Shown: positions 63,000 to 64,000 of the stretch, piece after piece | Position numbering within the stretch: position 1 is the first letter of the stretch | How the letters are laid out: each line of letters starts with the position of its first letter | From: Eledone cirrhosa | Taxonomy: Eukaryota | NCBI GenBank assembly: GCA_964016885.1 | Contig: OZ024744.1 | Location: forward strand, 35,216,001 to 35,280,000 | Direction of reading: 5' to 3' | Length of the DNA: 64,000 nucleotides | Translations under genes and position numbers: made by a program | The notes under the pieces: generated by a model | What the model was told of the DNA's origin: nothing | The model's input: the letters and a program-made list of their open reading frames with translations, nothing else | Database searches by the model: none

Positions 63000-63810
63000 T
63001 GTGTATAATTAGCAGTAGTCCTAAGATAGCGTTGTGCATAATAAGGGTGTATATGAAAGCATACATTCTGTATTTATATACAATTAACATATTAAAGCCT
63101 TGCTATCAAAGAAAAACTATTTGTTCGTTATAAAAAATTATTTGCCTCTTTTTATCTGATATCTCAGTAACCATTGAGAATGCCAGACAGCTGTTTCAAG
63201 ATTTGAGTGAAATTACTGAGTTGAAAATAAACTGGAACTTTTACAATTAATTGAAATAGAGTGTGTGCCTTTTCAATGGCTACTGAGATATCAGTGACAG
63301 GTTCACTGAGCAAAAGAGAAAACAATTTTTTCATCACAAGAAAATATTTTTTTCTTAGATACTGAGGCTCTCATGTGTTTATTGTATATAAATATATAGC
63401 ATATGCTTTCACATACATCCCTATTATGCACAACGCTATCTTAGTGCTATTGTCAGTTAATTATAACTAGTTAAGTTCACACAATATGTAAATGAGCCTT
63501 TCCAGCTGATGTTTTCTATTTGCTTTATGCAAATGAGCAGCTCCAGGAAATGTTAAATATGCAAAATCTATATAGGTTTTAATCTATCTTCAACTCAGTA
63601 TTAGTTGAGTGAATATCACTGATGAGAGATTAATGAATCTTGAAACAGCTGTCTGGCATTCTCAACAACAACTGAGATATCTATGACATGTTCCCAGAGC
63701 AAAAATGTTTTCCATAACAAAAAAAAAAAATTTTCTTTGATAGTGAGGCTCCCATATGTTTATTGTTTGTAAACATATGACAAATATGCTTTCATATATA
63801 CCGCTATTCT
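63000..63810. mobile_element. Diverged ~380-bp unit in partial tandem plus an inverted copy, carrying a hammerhead
   Basis: Segment 63003-63203 is the inverted homologue of about 63270-63465 and 63636-63809. CTGAGATATC recurs at 63283 and 63672. Confidence 0.65.
63612..63660 (+). ncRNA. Minimal type-I hammerhead ribozyme (family E)
   Basis: AATATCA-CTGATGA-GAGAT-TAATGA-ATCTT-GAAA-CAGCTG-TC-TGGCATT, with palindromic CAGCTG and a GUC triplet. Confidence 0.78.
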
Positions 63811-64000
63811 GTGTGTGTGTGTCTGGTGTGTGTATGTGTGTGTGTATATGTGTGTGCTTGTGTATTTGTGTGTTTGTGTGTTTGTGTGTGTGTTTGTGTA
63901 TGTGTGTATGTGTGTATGTATACATATATGTATGCTACATTTGACAGAACTGTCCCATGGATTCTCAGATCTCATTATGGTGGTCAGAAGGAAAGACATA

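Overview
This is AT-rich, repeat-saturated animal genomic DNA, probably intronic or intergenic. The repeat families resemble cephalopod (octopus-like) DNA, which is my inference. I found no convincing host gene. The window contains: a near-full-length Tx1/L1-clade LINE inserted at the (ATT)n tail of a CR1 element; two CRE-like RLE-type retrotransposon remnants; two CR1 copies; more than 15 RTE LINE copies or fragments whose RT carries an inserted C4HC3 (PHD-like) finger; two Penelope-like element remnants (Naiad-type GIY-YIG); two mariner relics; two hAT MITEs; three non-autonomous Helitrons; several tRNA-derived SINEs; many microsatellites; and a 200-N gap. The signal the ORF track does not explain is a dense population of hammerhead ribozyme motifs (stem I-CUGANGA-stem II-GAAA-stem III-UH-stem I). 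I located about 15 intact or degenerate copies from at least 7 sequence families, including one textbook full type-I hammerhead at 24333-24412. They lie mostly in short non-coding fold-back cassettes inserted in (TA)n microsatellites, with one arm always ending at an internal TAT/TATA. This looks like a (TA)n-targeted, ribozyme-carrying Penelope/Naiad pseudo-LTR or retrozyme-like system. All calls come from manual reading; no database searches or folding programs were run.
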